Assembly (NCBI GenBank): GCA_965235115.1
Contig: OZ249451.1
Span: forward strand, 8,184,001-8,217,000
Length of the DNA stretch: 33,000 nt
Source: Laetmonice hystrix
Taxonomy: Eukaryota
Direction of reading: 5' to 3'
This document shows, in pieces, positions 11,901-23,349 of this stretch. The notes below the pieces were generated by a model. The model saw only the letters and a program-made list of their open reading frames with translations, was not told where the DNA came from and did not search any database. The first letter of the stretch is position 1. Each line of letters begins with the position of its first letter. Position numbers and translations under genes: made by a program.

Positions 11901-12183
11901 CTTTCATGGTTCCTGCTACGTTTGCGCGTCCTTCACCTCCAGTATTTGTTATTCCAGTAGTCTCCCCCTTTTTACGTTACCTTATGCTTACGTTACGGTC
12001 CGTGTTTCATTAAGTGTCGGGCTCTGTGCCGACTGGTGGGTACTGGTTTGGTACCGTACAAGGTGGTGGCAAGCGCTCGGGAGCGGCTATAGATAGACGA
12101 GGCTTTGAAGGAGGTGGATGAAGTAAGCTTTAATTGGAATTGGTTCCGTCTGACCTCCACCCTTAGATGTTAGATGTTACCCA

Positions 12184-12275
12184 GGAAGTTTGGATGTGTT
12201 GTCCGGGGCAGTGACGAGGAAGCTTGGATTTGTCGCCCGATTCAGTGACGAGGAAGTTTGGATTGTTGCCCGGTT
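12184..12275. repeat. Short tandem repeat, ~33 bp x 3
   Basis: aggaag(t/c)ttggat..tgt(t/c)g(c/t)ccg..cagtgacg repeated. Confidence 0.8.
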
Positions 12276-12309
12276 TGGTTATTGTTTATTATTAAATATT
12301 TATAGTATG

Positions 12310-12770
12310 GTCCCAGGTGGTAGAATGGGATACCGTCACATTTTCCACCAGTTCTTTCTCGGTCTATTAAAATTTTCCCAGGATAAGTAAAGTATGGTGT
12401 ATGTCATTTAAGGGGTATGCTTCCTGTTTGGTTCAAGTAGCTGGGCGTTATAACTTGTTAACCTGACGTTATGCGATAGGATTCAAAGCCTTGATATGCT
12501 TGTTGCAGGTACACCAGATGTCCCTAATCGGACGGGATGATGATTGGCTCCGTGGAAATAGTTTGTTCTGTTATGGACCAGGAGATGATCGGGGCCTCAT
12601 CTTTCAAGTTGTGTCTGACGGTAATGCTCAGATTTGGCTCCTGGTGCGGTGTCAGTGGATCGCGTTAGGAGTCTTTTCTCCTGCCTTCTTTGGTGGCTCC
12701 AGCTTCATCTTCGATTCCGCTTAGTGGCATTGTCTCCACCTAATAAGGCATACTATACCTATATCCGTGT
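12310..12770 (+). pseudogene. Remnant of tyrosine recombinase C-terminus
   Basis: LRGNSLF..VSDGNAQIWLLVRCQW (ORF 12491-12724; cf. YKGHSFR..SDAQIRLLGRW) followed in another frame by NKAYYTYIR (~12742-12768; cf. S.AY..YIR with the catalytic Tyr). Confidence 0.6.
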
Positions 12771-13002
12771 ATTTTGGACTATGTATTTCTATATAATGTA
12801 TTATCAGTTATGGTATTATGACTATGGTATTGTTATGTTATGTTACATATATCAGTTACACGTTATATGGATTTATCATTTACCATATTATAATGATGTT
12901 GAGTCCCCCATTGCATGGGGTGATCGACGGGTTACTACATGTTTATGAATAAAATGTAACCTACAGCAAGCATTCCCGTTCTCCGAGTTTGACTGCATAA
13001 AT
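12726..13002 (+). repeat. Split direct repeat B1 (277 bp)
   Basis: Matches 13495-13771 (constant offset 769); AATAAA at 12948-12953. Confidence 0.97.
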
Positions 13003-13311
13003 CCGAGCTCGGCGCCAAAGAGCCGGGATCATTTATGGAGGAGAAACGAGGAGTTTGCGTAGGTATGAGATTAGTATAGATACTCTCACATAATATGTAT
13101 CTAGGACCCATGTCGTGTGCTCAGTATGTATTGTCAAGGAAATGTAAACAATAGCTGTACTCCCGTTAACCACCATCTTGGTTCTCACCTCTCGCGCGCT
13201 CTGGGTCGGAAGTGACGAAGGCGACTTGGGAGACGATTCGGAGGGTATAAATACAACCGAGCAGACAGAGTCGAGTTCTCTACCTTTGGAAGCATCGTGG
13301 CAATCAGACGG
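12999..13311 (+). repeat. Split direct repeat A2 (313 bp)
   Basis: Matches 8242-8554; overlaps B1 by AAAT. Confidence 0.97.
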
Positions 13312-13494
13312 CCCACCTCCGCCCCGACTCCTCCATGTTTCATGTCGACTTGGGGGAATATTCTGTCTCAACGCCTTTGTCTAGGTTCACTTATGTTTTT
13401 ATGTAGGCCTGCTGGGTTTGGCTCGGGGTCAGCATGGCTGCTCGAGTTCTTTTCTCAGTTTGGTTGGATGGGTGTGTATTTGGGTTCCTGGATG

Positions 13495-13771
13495 GGCATT
13501 GTCTCCACCTAATAAGGCATACTATACCTATATCCGTGTATTTTGGACTATGTATTTCTATATAATGTATTATCAGTTATGGTATTATGACTATGGTATT
13601 GTTATGTTATGTTACATATATCAGTTACACGTTATATGGATTTATCATTTACCATATTATAATGATGTTGAGTCCCCCATTGCATGGGGTGATCGACGGG
13701 TTACTACATGTTTATGAATAAAATGTAACCTACAGCAAGCATTCCCGTTCTCCGAGTTTGACTGCATAAAT
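13495..13771 (+). repeat. Split direct repeat B2 (277 bp), right terminus
   Basis: Matches 12726-13002; AATAAA at 13717-13722 is the candidate polyadenylation signal. Confidence 0.97.
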
Positions 13772-14039
13772 ATGGTTCACCCGTGGTACGTAGGCGAAAC
13801 ATGAAGGCCACGCCCTCGTCAGTGTGTGATATTACCTTCTGTGTTATATAGTTTCACAATGAACCACTCAGAATCTATGTTATATGTCATTGTCCTCCGC
13901 CTGACTGCCTTTCACAGGAACCTTGCTAAACCTTTGGGCATTGCATGTACAATGGTTTCGCGTTCACAGTTTCATATTCACCTCACCTTCTTGTGGATAA
14001 AAATGACTACTAAACATTAAATTTTTTCACAAGGCAAAT

Positions 14040-14800
14040 CGCATGCATTTTGCTACGTCGTAGAATCAAGAAAAATGCTGGCCGAACGGCCTCAGTAGCG
14101 GTGCTATCCTATTATATCATTCTGCAGAGCATCATCTTGACATCACTATAGTTCCTACGACAAATGTTCTGCACATATTGTCCATAAATGCATAAAATAT
14201 CGGGATTTAATGGGTAAATTGATGTGTTCTGCTATGGGTAAGCCGGGATTTAATTGCAGACAATCGTCCGTTTTGTCCACTGGATAATGTCTCGTTCTGT
14301 GTTTCACACCTATACAACCAGGGTTCTTTCCCTGGGGATTATCCACCTACTCAGTATAGATTTACACAGAATAAAAGCCAACCGCAACACCTTCTGATAA
14401 GAAGTAACCCTGGTGTCTACTTACCTGTTCCATTTGGAGCAGCATTACTCTCAAATCCGTTGACAAATCCCTGTTCTCTTGACAGATATCTGCCACAATA
14501 CGTCATGATACTTAAGTCAATAGCTTCAGGAACTGCTTGTATTTAGTAGAAGCTGACGTCGACTTTCTAAAATGCATTAAGAGAAGAGACTATGCATGTG
14601 TTACTGGGAGCAGAGTTTCTGACTCAAATATTGGTTCCTTGATAAGTTATTTTCATGATGCCTGCAAGAAACATGCGATGGCCACAGCAGTCATCTTGAT
14701 TCATGGATAACGTTCATGATTCAATGGTTGCTCGTTGATTAAACAGGGATTCCTTTGTCCAAACCATTAATCCGATTCATTAATCATGTTATCGCGCGTC
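14040..14800 (-). mobile_element. Second decayed Penelope-like fragment (GIY-YIG region)
   Basis: ORF 14155-14346: GCIGVKHRT...LPIAEHINLPIKS..M (cf. YIGET.R...PVAEHFNLP.HS..M). Upstream boundary weak. Confidence 0.45.
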
Positions 14801-15949
14801 ACCAAAAACCATATCTAATGCTGGAAGGTTTCATGGTTATTTAGTTAGGTGATGGTGACGATGTTCGGGTCGGGTTCTAAGTAAGGAGTTTCTCCTATAG
14901 TAATATCCGGATCAGGGGTCGTGTACATCAAGGCGTTTAACTCGCGTTCATATATCGGCAATTGTAGTGAGAGCAGTACTTTAGTGATAATACTACGGGT
15001 TGGTTCCCCCTAGAGATGTGGAGTGCTATATTGGCTTCGTTTATGCCAAGCGGCCACGCTAACGAACATGTCGTATGTACCTTCTAACAGATCCAGAACT
15101 GCAAATACAAAGGTTATTGACGCCTGTCAAAATACAACTATCATTGTCACTATACATTACCACTAACCCCACCTAACGTAAACTCCAAAGGGGAAAAAGA
15201 AGCCAAAAATAGGCAACTAATGTAACTTGCTCTAACGTGCCACTAATGGGTATGTAAGTGCACGCAAACTGCGTGTAATCACGTAAGTAATACTGCTGGT
15301 ATAAAAGTTTACATCGATTCTCCTGGAAGTCTTCCAACACACTATTCTGACTTGAATCGGGACAGTGACACCGTCGTTACCATTCACGACGAGACTAGGA
15401 AGTCGTCAACGTATTGACACTACTTATTTAAATGTAAATTGTACATGTAAATTGTAAATGGTAATGTAAATTGTCGCCAAATCGGACACCTGGGCTGTTG
15501 GGGGCATGTATACATGTAAACGGGTCCGATTTGTTTTTCAACACCCAGTATCCGTGCCACATGCAATAGCAGGCGTGTCTAACGCCCATCCAATTAGGAT
15601 TGGTAACAAAACGAGAAAACTGCCTTGACATGTATAATTGTGTGCCTTCTGTTTCCCATTCATCTGTTTCAGGGGAAAGAAGATTTATAACCCCTTGAAT
15701 GACTTGTTACAACAGCTGTTAAGGTTTTAGAGGATTGTGGAACACTTATTTGGAATATTTGTGGCATGTCGTAAAGTGGAATGTTTTATGATTGCATGGT
15801 ACTACTTCCTCCATAAACATACTGTACTTAATAACGTGTCTTATCTTCAACCGTTTTTTACCTTCAACCACTGAATTGATAGTGCTTCAGGTGCCAAAAA
15901 ACATAACAAATGCAACGTCCTCAACATGAGTGGCAAGAAAAGTGACAGC

Positions 15950-16800
15950 TAATTCCATAGAGGCAACTTTGCAAATATCGTGCCACAGAAGAACGTTCCC
16001 CCCAACACGTCAGAAAAATTGGAGCCCGTGGAGGAACCTGGAGAGGGTATTGTCAGACTTTGTCTGGGACACGTTGGTCACCAGATCAAGTACAATTGTA
16101 AGTAATGTAAGTAAAAATAGATCGCTCCTTACGGGATTATAGGCTATGATACTACTCTTGCCATTACTGATGCATATAATATAGAGGCTGGCCACTGCAT
16201 GAAAGGCGTGGTCTTTGGGTATTTGCGTGATGGATGTGGAGAATTCTGTAAGACTTATGGACGAGACATAAAATTGTTTTCATCCTAGACGAGAGAGATT
16301 AAAAATTAATGGTGTAGATAATGTGAAAGGATCCTATGGATCTTCTTGTAACATTATTCTTGTGCTATATTATAATCACACTGGAGTGGTCTTAATTCCC
16401 TCTATTATATAAATGGGAGGATGGCTCAAGATGTCTTGATCTATATGCGTTAATCCATACGGTTATGCTGCAATGCAGTCACTTATGTACATGTACACTT
16501 TAGATATCAGAAACCATTTTAGCTGTCCATGCAAACATAGATGCAAGACATTGGGGTTACGAGTTCCTGGCTCATGTTCACAGCTACTCGCCAGGCACAG
16601 GGCAAAAGAGCGCGCAAACAACAAGGGGGTGTTCCCGATAAGGAACGCGCCAGAAACATGTTTATATGGAAACTATATCCCGCAGAGCCACGGCCGTAGG
16701 TCATTGGCACGACACTACAAAGCAGATCCTCTTGGCATTTCAAAGTCAAAGAGGAGCAAATGCCGAGCGACCCTTTAAATGCTCTTCCCCGCATTCTGGT
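15950..16800 (+). mobile_element. Decayed Gypsy-like pol fragment (RT-RNase H)
   Basis: LEPVEEP..GIVRLCL (~16020-16067), IDARHWG (cf. DAS..G), KE..CLYG (cf. EKEALA..YLYG), PSDPLNALP (cf. ADPLSRLP) in correct order, with deletions. Confidence 0.4.
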
Positions 16801-18286
16801 TGTATTAGAGCAGAACCCATACCGGTGCGTGGGCGTCGGTAAAATGACCATTCCAAGGAAGCGAGGGAATGGACCACTGGAAACGACCGGCAACATAATT
16901 ATGGTCTTGCCATGAAGCATTAGCGGCAATTAGACCCATCCCAGTGGATGGCGACGATGGGGAGCACTTCCCCACCGGTCGAAATGGCCGAAAACAGTAT
17001 GTATAGATAATAGAGGTACATGACAAACATATGAGACATGCAGAGCAGGTTCTATCTGGCACACGGATTTGAATGTAACATCCCATTAGTACTGACAGAT
17101 TACGTGGCTACTGTTGTGTGTTGTCTCTCATTTGGACATATACATGTATATCTCCCATTCACTGACATACATTAACCATTTGACCAGCGAATCAAAGTGA
17201 TCGCTGACGCTTCTATTTCAGGGACAGACGCTTTTAAAAAATATTTGATCGATAGCAAAGATAAAATGGGAAACATCTGGTATTATAATGAACTAATGAA
17301 TAAACTATTACAAATCGCTTTCGATGCAGTCGACTTTGTCTTTTGTGGGAGAAAAAGGTGGGTCAGACGGGAAAGGGGTGGTCATTTAGTGCAGATATGC
17401 ACCGCAATATTTGACATGTCTACATGCATTCACACGCACCGAACCTGGTGTCATACTCAGGGGTATCGTTACAGATGTGGACAGAACACTATTGGTCAGG
17501 AAAGTGGTCTAAATACCCTTTCACCCCCCCCCCCACTCCCGCCACCCTGCCCCACCCCACCCCACCCCCACCCACCGACTGCATGTAGAGTAGCTGTCAC
17601 CCTTAACTCAATGCCGTCTTCTGTTTTGTCAATCCATCTTCACCCAACCTAAAACGATCACTGGGACACTGTATTAACACTTGACAACAGGGACATTGCG
17701 GCAGACTATGTTGGCGACATTGGCCGTTAACGGTCCCGACCATATTGACCCCCAAGGGTCGATAGAAACGAGTGCCTATTAGGAGGTCAGATCCAGGAAG
17801 CAGAAGATTCAATATGTCACCGAATGTGTGGTCCGACGCTGCGGAGGAGGCGGGAGTGGAGGCGAGGGTGAGGGTTGTTGCGTTCTGTGAGAACAAAAAT
17901 GGAAGGAAGCACAATGTACAGCGTTAGATGAACTAAATTCCCACAGAACGTGTTTTTATGCGGGTACGCACCTGAATTACCGGCATGTTTTGATGCAAAT
18001 CAGCTACATCGACTTGAAGAAATGCCAATCGTTGGGATTGATTCATTTAAACAGTCAAGTTGACTCATTTTAAACATCTTTAACGCCACAACTAAACTCC
18101 CTGTAGTTTTCTGGGATGGTGCAGCGTGCTTCTGGCGCCTACATCTGGGGTTCGTCAGTCAGAGGAAGTCGCACTTTGTCAACATTCGGAGAAGCTGAGA
18201 GACTGGTAAATCACATCAGCCTAGATCGATACGCATCAATAACCGATACGTCTTGGGGCGTGGACTCTGTCTTTAACTTGTGACAC

Positions 18287-18473
18287 CAGCAGTGTTGAAA
18301 GATCTGACCGTCCCTCAGCCCAGTATTATCAGCAGTGGATGTTGAAAGACCCGACTGCCCCTCAGTCCAGTATTACCAGCAGTGGATGGTGAAAGATATG
18401 ACCGTCCCTCATTCCAGTATTACCAGCAGTGGATGGTGAAAGATAAATTATGGCTGTCCTTCAGTCTAGTATT
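18287..18473. repeat. Minisatellite, ~47 bp x ~4
   Basis: cagcagtggat(g/t)gtgaaagat..gac(c/t)g(t/c)ccctca(g/t)tccagtattac units. Confidence 0.92.
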
Positions 18474-20749
18474 GTTTAATTAAGGTGGCACAACACGTGT
18501 TATTCATTTATCTTTTCATAGGTCTACCCATTTAACTAACTCGGAGTACTGGAGTCCTTGACATTCAGGTGGTTTTCACTTGACAGGCAATCAATCCGGA
18601 AAGCAGTATGTGTATGTATGTACACGGTGAAGATGAAGTTGTTTGGGAATGCTGACCATGCCCAGTGATCATTCAACACTAGGTTTCACAATACCGGGGA
18701 GTGGTGTGTGCGTCACTTGATCCCAGATGCACTTTGGGATAGTTGCCAGTAATAATGCATTAAAGACTCAGTTTGCTAACTCCCCTCTTGTAATTGGTCA
18801 CTATATAATTTGCAGTGGACTCTTTATCCAGTCAGACTTAACCCTCCTATCTCTGTCCGACGAGGAACTCATCCTTTGGTGAAACAACGATGTGGTACAT
18901 TCTTGTGATGAAAAGATTCCCACAGGTCATAAAAAAGTAAAGGCAGGGGGAAATTTTGTGGCCAGGACCGGTGTTCATGGAAAACTGGGCCATAATGAGG
19001 CTTGGGACCTGGGATCCTGGGACGCCAGGGATGCTGCAGTGAATGGCCTACCCTGTAGAAATCATTCTCAGGCCCCCGAAATAGTTTTAACCTGCCACAG
19101 AGTAATTATAATGTTTGGGTCGGTGGTAATATAAATACACCGACCGCATAGTGCACTACCCCTACCCTTCACACATCCTTGAAATAAAAAAGGAAAAAAT
19201 ATTGCCCTGACATATTTTTTAACCCCCTAACCCTGATTTTTAAGCAATTGCTGATAGCTGCCTTCAAATAGATGTTAATCGAAGCGTAAAGAAACCTCGC
19301 AACATAAGCTGCTGCAACTTATTATACGAAAATAATAATACAAATCTCTGTGTCCTTTTGTGTCTGTTGAATTTTTTCCCCGTTTAATGTCACAATACAA
19401 TGGTCTCTTGAAATTCATAAAGAGCCGTATATAAACGTACTCGACGTATTTTGGCGGACAAACAAGAATGTGAAACCATATAAATATCACAATGCCACAT
19501 CTTGGCATGCTCATCCCAGCAGTGGGTGAAGGTGACTATGAAACCAGTGCCAGCTGGGGGCCGTTGTATCCCGCTCGCTAAAATTGCCAGTGAAATTCAA
19601 TGACAGTTTTAGCGAGCGGGAATATATGCAACGGCTAATCCCACCCACCTACACGTTTGTAGACTTAGCAGGAGCTGCCGTGTGCATTCATTTTGGTTAT
19701 GGTATACTATTGTATTATAATATTTTACCCCTTTTTGTGTGTTGTTTTAATACTGATCATGGCGTGTGATATAGAGCGTTAATCCAAGTCTCCTGGTCTC
19801 TTGTATAGAATCGTTGGTCCCACATTCGGTCTCACAGTAGGTGCTGTACCTTATCGGAAACGTTGGTATAGGTCGGTAATCCAAATTGTTCAATACGCGC
19901 TAATCCGTAGAGACCGATAATCCGGACATTATTACAGGTATCTCAGCCGATAGCAGACCTTTAGTGATCTGGACACTGCATGGTGGCTGTCAACATGATG
20001 AAGCCACTTAGGTCATTTATTTGAGGGAACAGAGACCAAAAAAAAACATTTATTCGTATCTCATTCAGTTCAGAGTGTTTTGCCGTTGGAAATATTCTAA
20101 CATGGGCCGTGTTTGTGACGAAGTAACATGTGCCACTGCATATCCGTTTAGGCGAGATGATAGTCACCCGACTAGGAATGATAATAGAGCAACGAGCTTC
20201 GGAAAATATGGACTTCTCCTTGTAGATTCTCAGAGAGGTAGTGAACTATCACGGCGAAACCAAGACCTTTTGAAGACGATGCATGGAAATAATGAGACTT
20301 TTCATCCTCTCACACACAGCTCTTTGAGTATGACGTGCCAGCTGATAAATACAACCGTCAGGAGGCTCTTGTTAATTTTGCCGAGAAAATATTAAATACA
20401 AACCTTGCCCGATTTGGGAAATGACATGCAACGGACAATACGGTTTTCTTACAGCGATACCCAAAAAAAACCCTTATCAACCAACATGGCGAATATTATT
20501 AAGGTAAGAAAGAATATGTCAGACATATATCTCCCCTCCTTGTAAAAAATGTGCGTTTTACTGAAAAATTACTAACACACAAGTTATTGAGCTTATGTAA
20601 CATAGTTTTCACTTTTAATTTAGAAGGCGGCGCACTTTCGAACCATCTACTTCTACATTTCGTTATTGTGGTGTTGTGCGCCATTCCGAAACCAAATGCT
20701 CATGAGTCCCAAAAGTGCCAGAAAGACAATAATGTCGGATTGAAGCACA

Positions 20750-21620
20750 CCGACTGACCATTGGCTCTAAAGGTACCAAGTGCTAGATGGCATGCTTATC
20801 TTTTATACTTAAATCAAAGCGATCTTGCCTGAAGGGGACAATATAGACACTTCACTTCAGTTTCAAGTACTTATATCGCTGGCACTCGTCCATTAGACAT
20901 TTCGTTGTCGGGTCACGATTTTTGTTGGCGTGACACATTACAATTTAAGGACATGTCGACATCAACGGTAATGTGCGTTTGAGAGGCACACAGTTAAAGT
21001 GTCGAAAACATTCTAACATTACATTCAGCTCTTGCTATACATCAAACACATTCATTAGAAGCGTTTATCACGTGGCCTTATCTCTGCGCCTGGAGAGAAT
21101 TACAATACTCTAGAAGAGTAAAGCCATCCGAGTATTAAATTGGGAGGGGGGCAGGCAGCAGAGCTGAGAGAAAGTTAATGTCAGTTTAGATTGTGCAGGC
21201 ATCAGATTCTTGTTCGAATTAAAACACCAGTATGGATCCCGGAGAGCAAGTCCTTTACACCCTTAGACTCGTTATATTATGGACCTAACACTGACTCGTG
21301 TTCTTTCCGCCATGTTTTAGTCATTAACTTTTTCCGGGCGTCGTCATTCGCCCATACAATGAGGAAGCTTTTCAAAAGTTTGGGACAGTTTGCATGCTGG
21401 GGACCAACGTCATTCTGATTGCATTCCACTAATTACATTTAGGATCCCAGCCTTTAGAGCCTGCTGTGCTTCAATGAAATATTTGCTCCATCCTAATAGC
21501 ATTCAAAAGCCTTGCAAGAGCGTGAACAAAAGTAGGACAAAATTAACGAGTCCTTTTTAAGGTGGCAGCTTTGGGCACAGGTAACGTCGAATTCCCTTGA
21601 ATAAAATAAACCATCGAGAC
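20750..21620 (-). mobile_element. Decayed LINE reverse-transcriptase fragment
   Basis: TLPVPK, CKAFE, SQTFEKLPH (cf. SKAFDKVPH) and YKYL in order on the minus strand. Confidence 0.45.
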
Positions 21621-22153
21621 ACCATCGGCGACGACACACTACGTTGGAAATTATTTTAATAATAATAATAACCACGTTGATATTGGCCGTAACATTTACT
21701 CCAGAAACAACCTCCTAGAAACAAGCGACGAGTACACATCATCCGGACTTTGATATTGGCCTTCACGCATGTCAGCCATTTTACAATTACACAACAAGTA
21801 ATTTCAACAGAGAATAGAGTCCATTAACAAAAACATAATCATCGGACGCGTTCGCAAACACTTCAATTACGGATAAAACGTGCGGCGCGGACTCATTACT
21901 TGACTCGATGGCTCTGGCTCTGCACGTTACAGGCGTTCAGCATCATCGCAACGGACGTTACTAAGCGAACAGGAAAACCTGCCGGGAAAACGCTACCGAG
22001 TTCATTCCGAATCAGTGCTTATAACCAAAAAACTGGCGATGTCATAGTCGGTTACATTAGCTGTCATTTATTTCTTTTAATTACACGGGCCCTGACATTT
22101 TGGCACTTCTGGAAAAAAAAAAACAAGAAATTCTCCTACATAAGCAGGTATTT

Positions 22154-22208
22154 CTCTCCCTGTCTCTCTCTGGCTATCTCTATCTATCTCTCTATCTCTC
22201 TATCTCTC
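22154..22208. repeat. (TC)n/(TCTA)n microsatellite
   Basis: Seen directly. Confidence 0.85.
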
Positions 22209-23349
22209 ATGTTAGTGACTTTAGTGTCGGGGTTGCATGCTTGAGGACGACTATTTACTTGTTTTTCACAACCGTTGGAATTGAATCAGGAAGCAGTGTT
22301 ATCAGGTTGGTCCGACTTACCTGTGTCTTTACACCAATCTGACCAGTCGTTATCGTCCCTGATAACATTTCCACCACAAATTGGACGATGGGACGCTCCG
22401 GTCTGTTCACAGTTCAACCCATGTTATTTTACTCACAGCTCAATGTTATGTGTACGCTCAACAATATTCTTGGTTGATTCCAGTGAAGTTTAATCGCTGT
22501 GGTTTTTAAATAAATCGAGACAGATTGATAAAGGCTAACCCGTATAATCATAACTAAATCTGGAGTACCGTATACCATTTACTATGTTATCCCAGAAAGT
22601 TCGGTCTGCGTGGGTGGGTGAGGACCTCATAATTATGGTAACTCTAAATTACTTCTCTAAAAGTGGCTTCAAATATTTTAAATATTCCGTGATTATGAAC
22701 ATAACTTTACTGTTCTGATTGTCTCGGAAGGGTGCGACTGATCTGTTCCTGAGTTACACACATTTCATACTATTGATTGAAGTAGGTGTGATTTGTTATC
22801 CGAGCAGTTGGAACATATTGCCCCCACAAGTAAACAACCGTGTAGGTTAATTGAAAGGGAGTGAGCATGTCGGCCATGCTGAACGAAAATTAATTATAAG
22901 CTCTTCATGAACTAACATCGGGCCACCGTGACTATGGAAAGGTCACCTCACCAGCTGACGTTCAGTGGCTCCAAAACGTGTGGTCAACTGAAGCCAGACA
23001 AATTCTATAAACGGTCCTGGACCTTCTCATAATACTATTCACACAGGTAACACGGCATTTTATTAGTATCTGGCTTCTTTGCAGGATATGCCTATTATTT
23101 CAATGTCTTATATTTGTTTTATATCCTCTCACAGAACTATTTGCCTTTTATACCCTCCCAATATAGAATAAAACCAATTACTGCATTAAATACCTATTTC
23201 TTATGACCTTTCAACAAGGGTGAACATTCAATTACGTTAAAAATCATAGCATTTAGCGCGTGCACACGTTGCCTACCTCAGCCCTGCAGCCCTGACATTT
23301 GGACCAATTTAACAAGCCAAAGTACTAGGGACCCATCGGACATAGTAGA

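Larger units (their letters stand above)
8242..13771 (+). mobile_element. Ngaro/PAT-like (DIRS order) tyrosine-recombinase retrotransposon, non-autonomous, ~5.5 kb
   Basis: Split direct repeats A1 (8242-8554) ... B1 (12726-13002), A2 (12999-13311), 183-bp spacer, B2 (13495-13771), the diagnostic Ngaro/PAT layout. No conventional TSD; both ends and the B1/A2 junction share AAAT. Interior carries decayed RT, RNase H and YR motifs. Confidence 0.9.

Noticed and set aside
8242-13311. Conventional LTR retrotransposon or ERV with 313-bp LTRs
   Set aside because: No TG..CA ends or flanking TSD; the second repeat pair and YR remnant show split-direct-repeat architecture.
13790-13826. Hammerhead ribozyme at the 3' side of the minus-strand Penelope fragment (ctgacgagggcgtggcc)
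   Set aside because: The GAAA core after stem II is missing; at most a decayed relic.
20021-20395. 124-aa ORF
   Set aside because: No recognisable motif and no splice or codon evidence.
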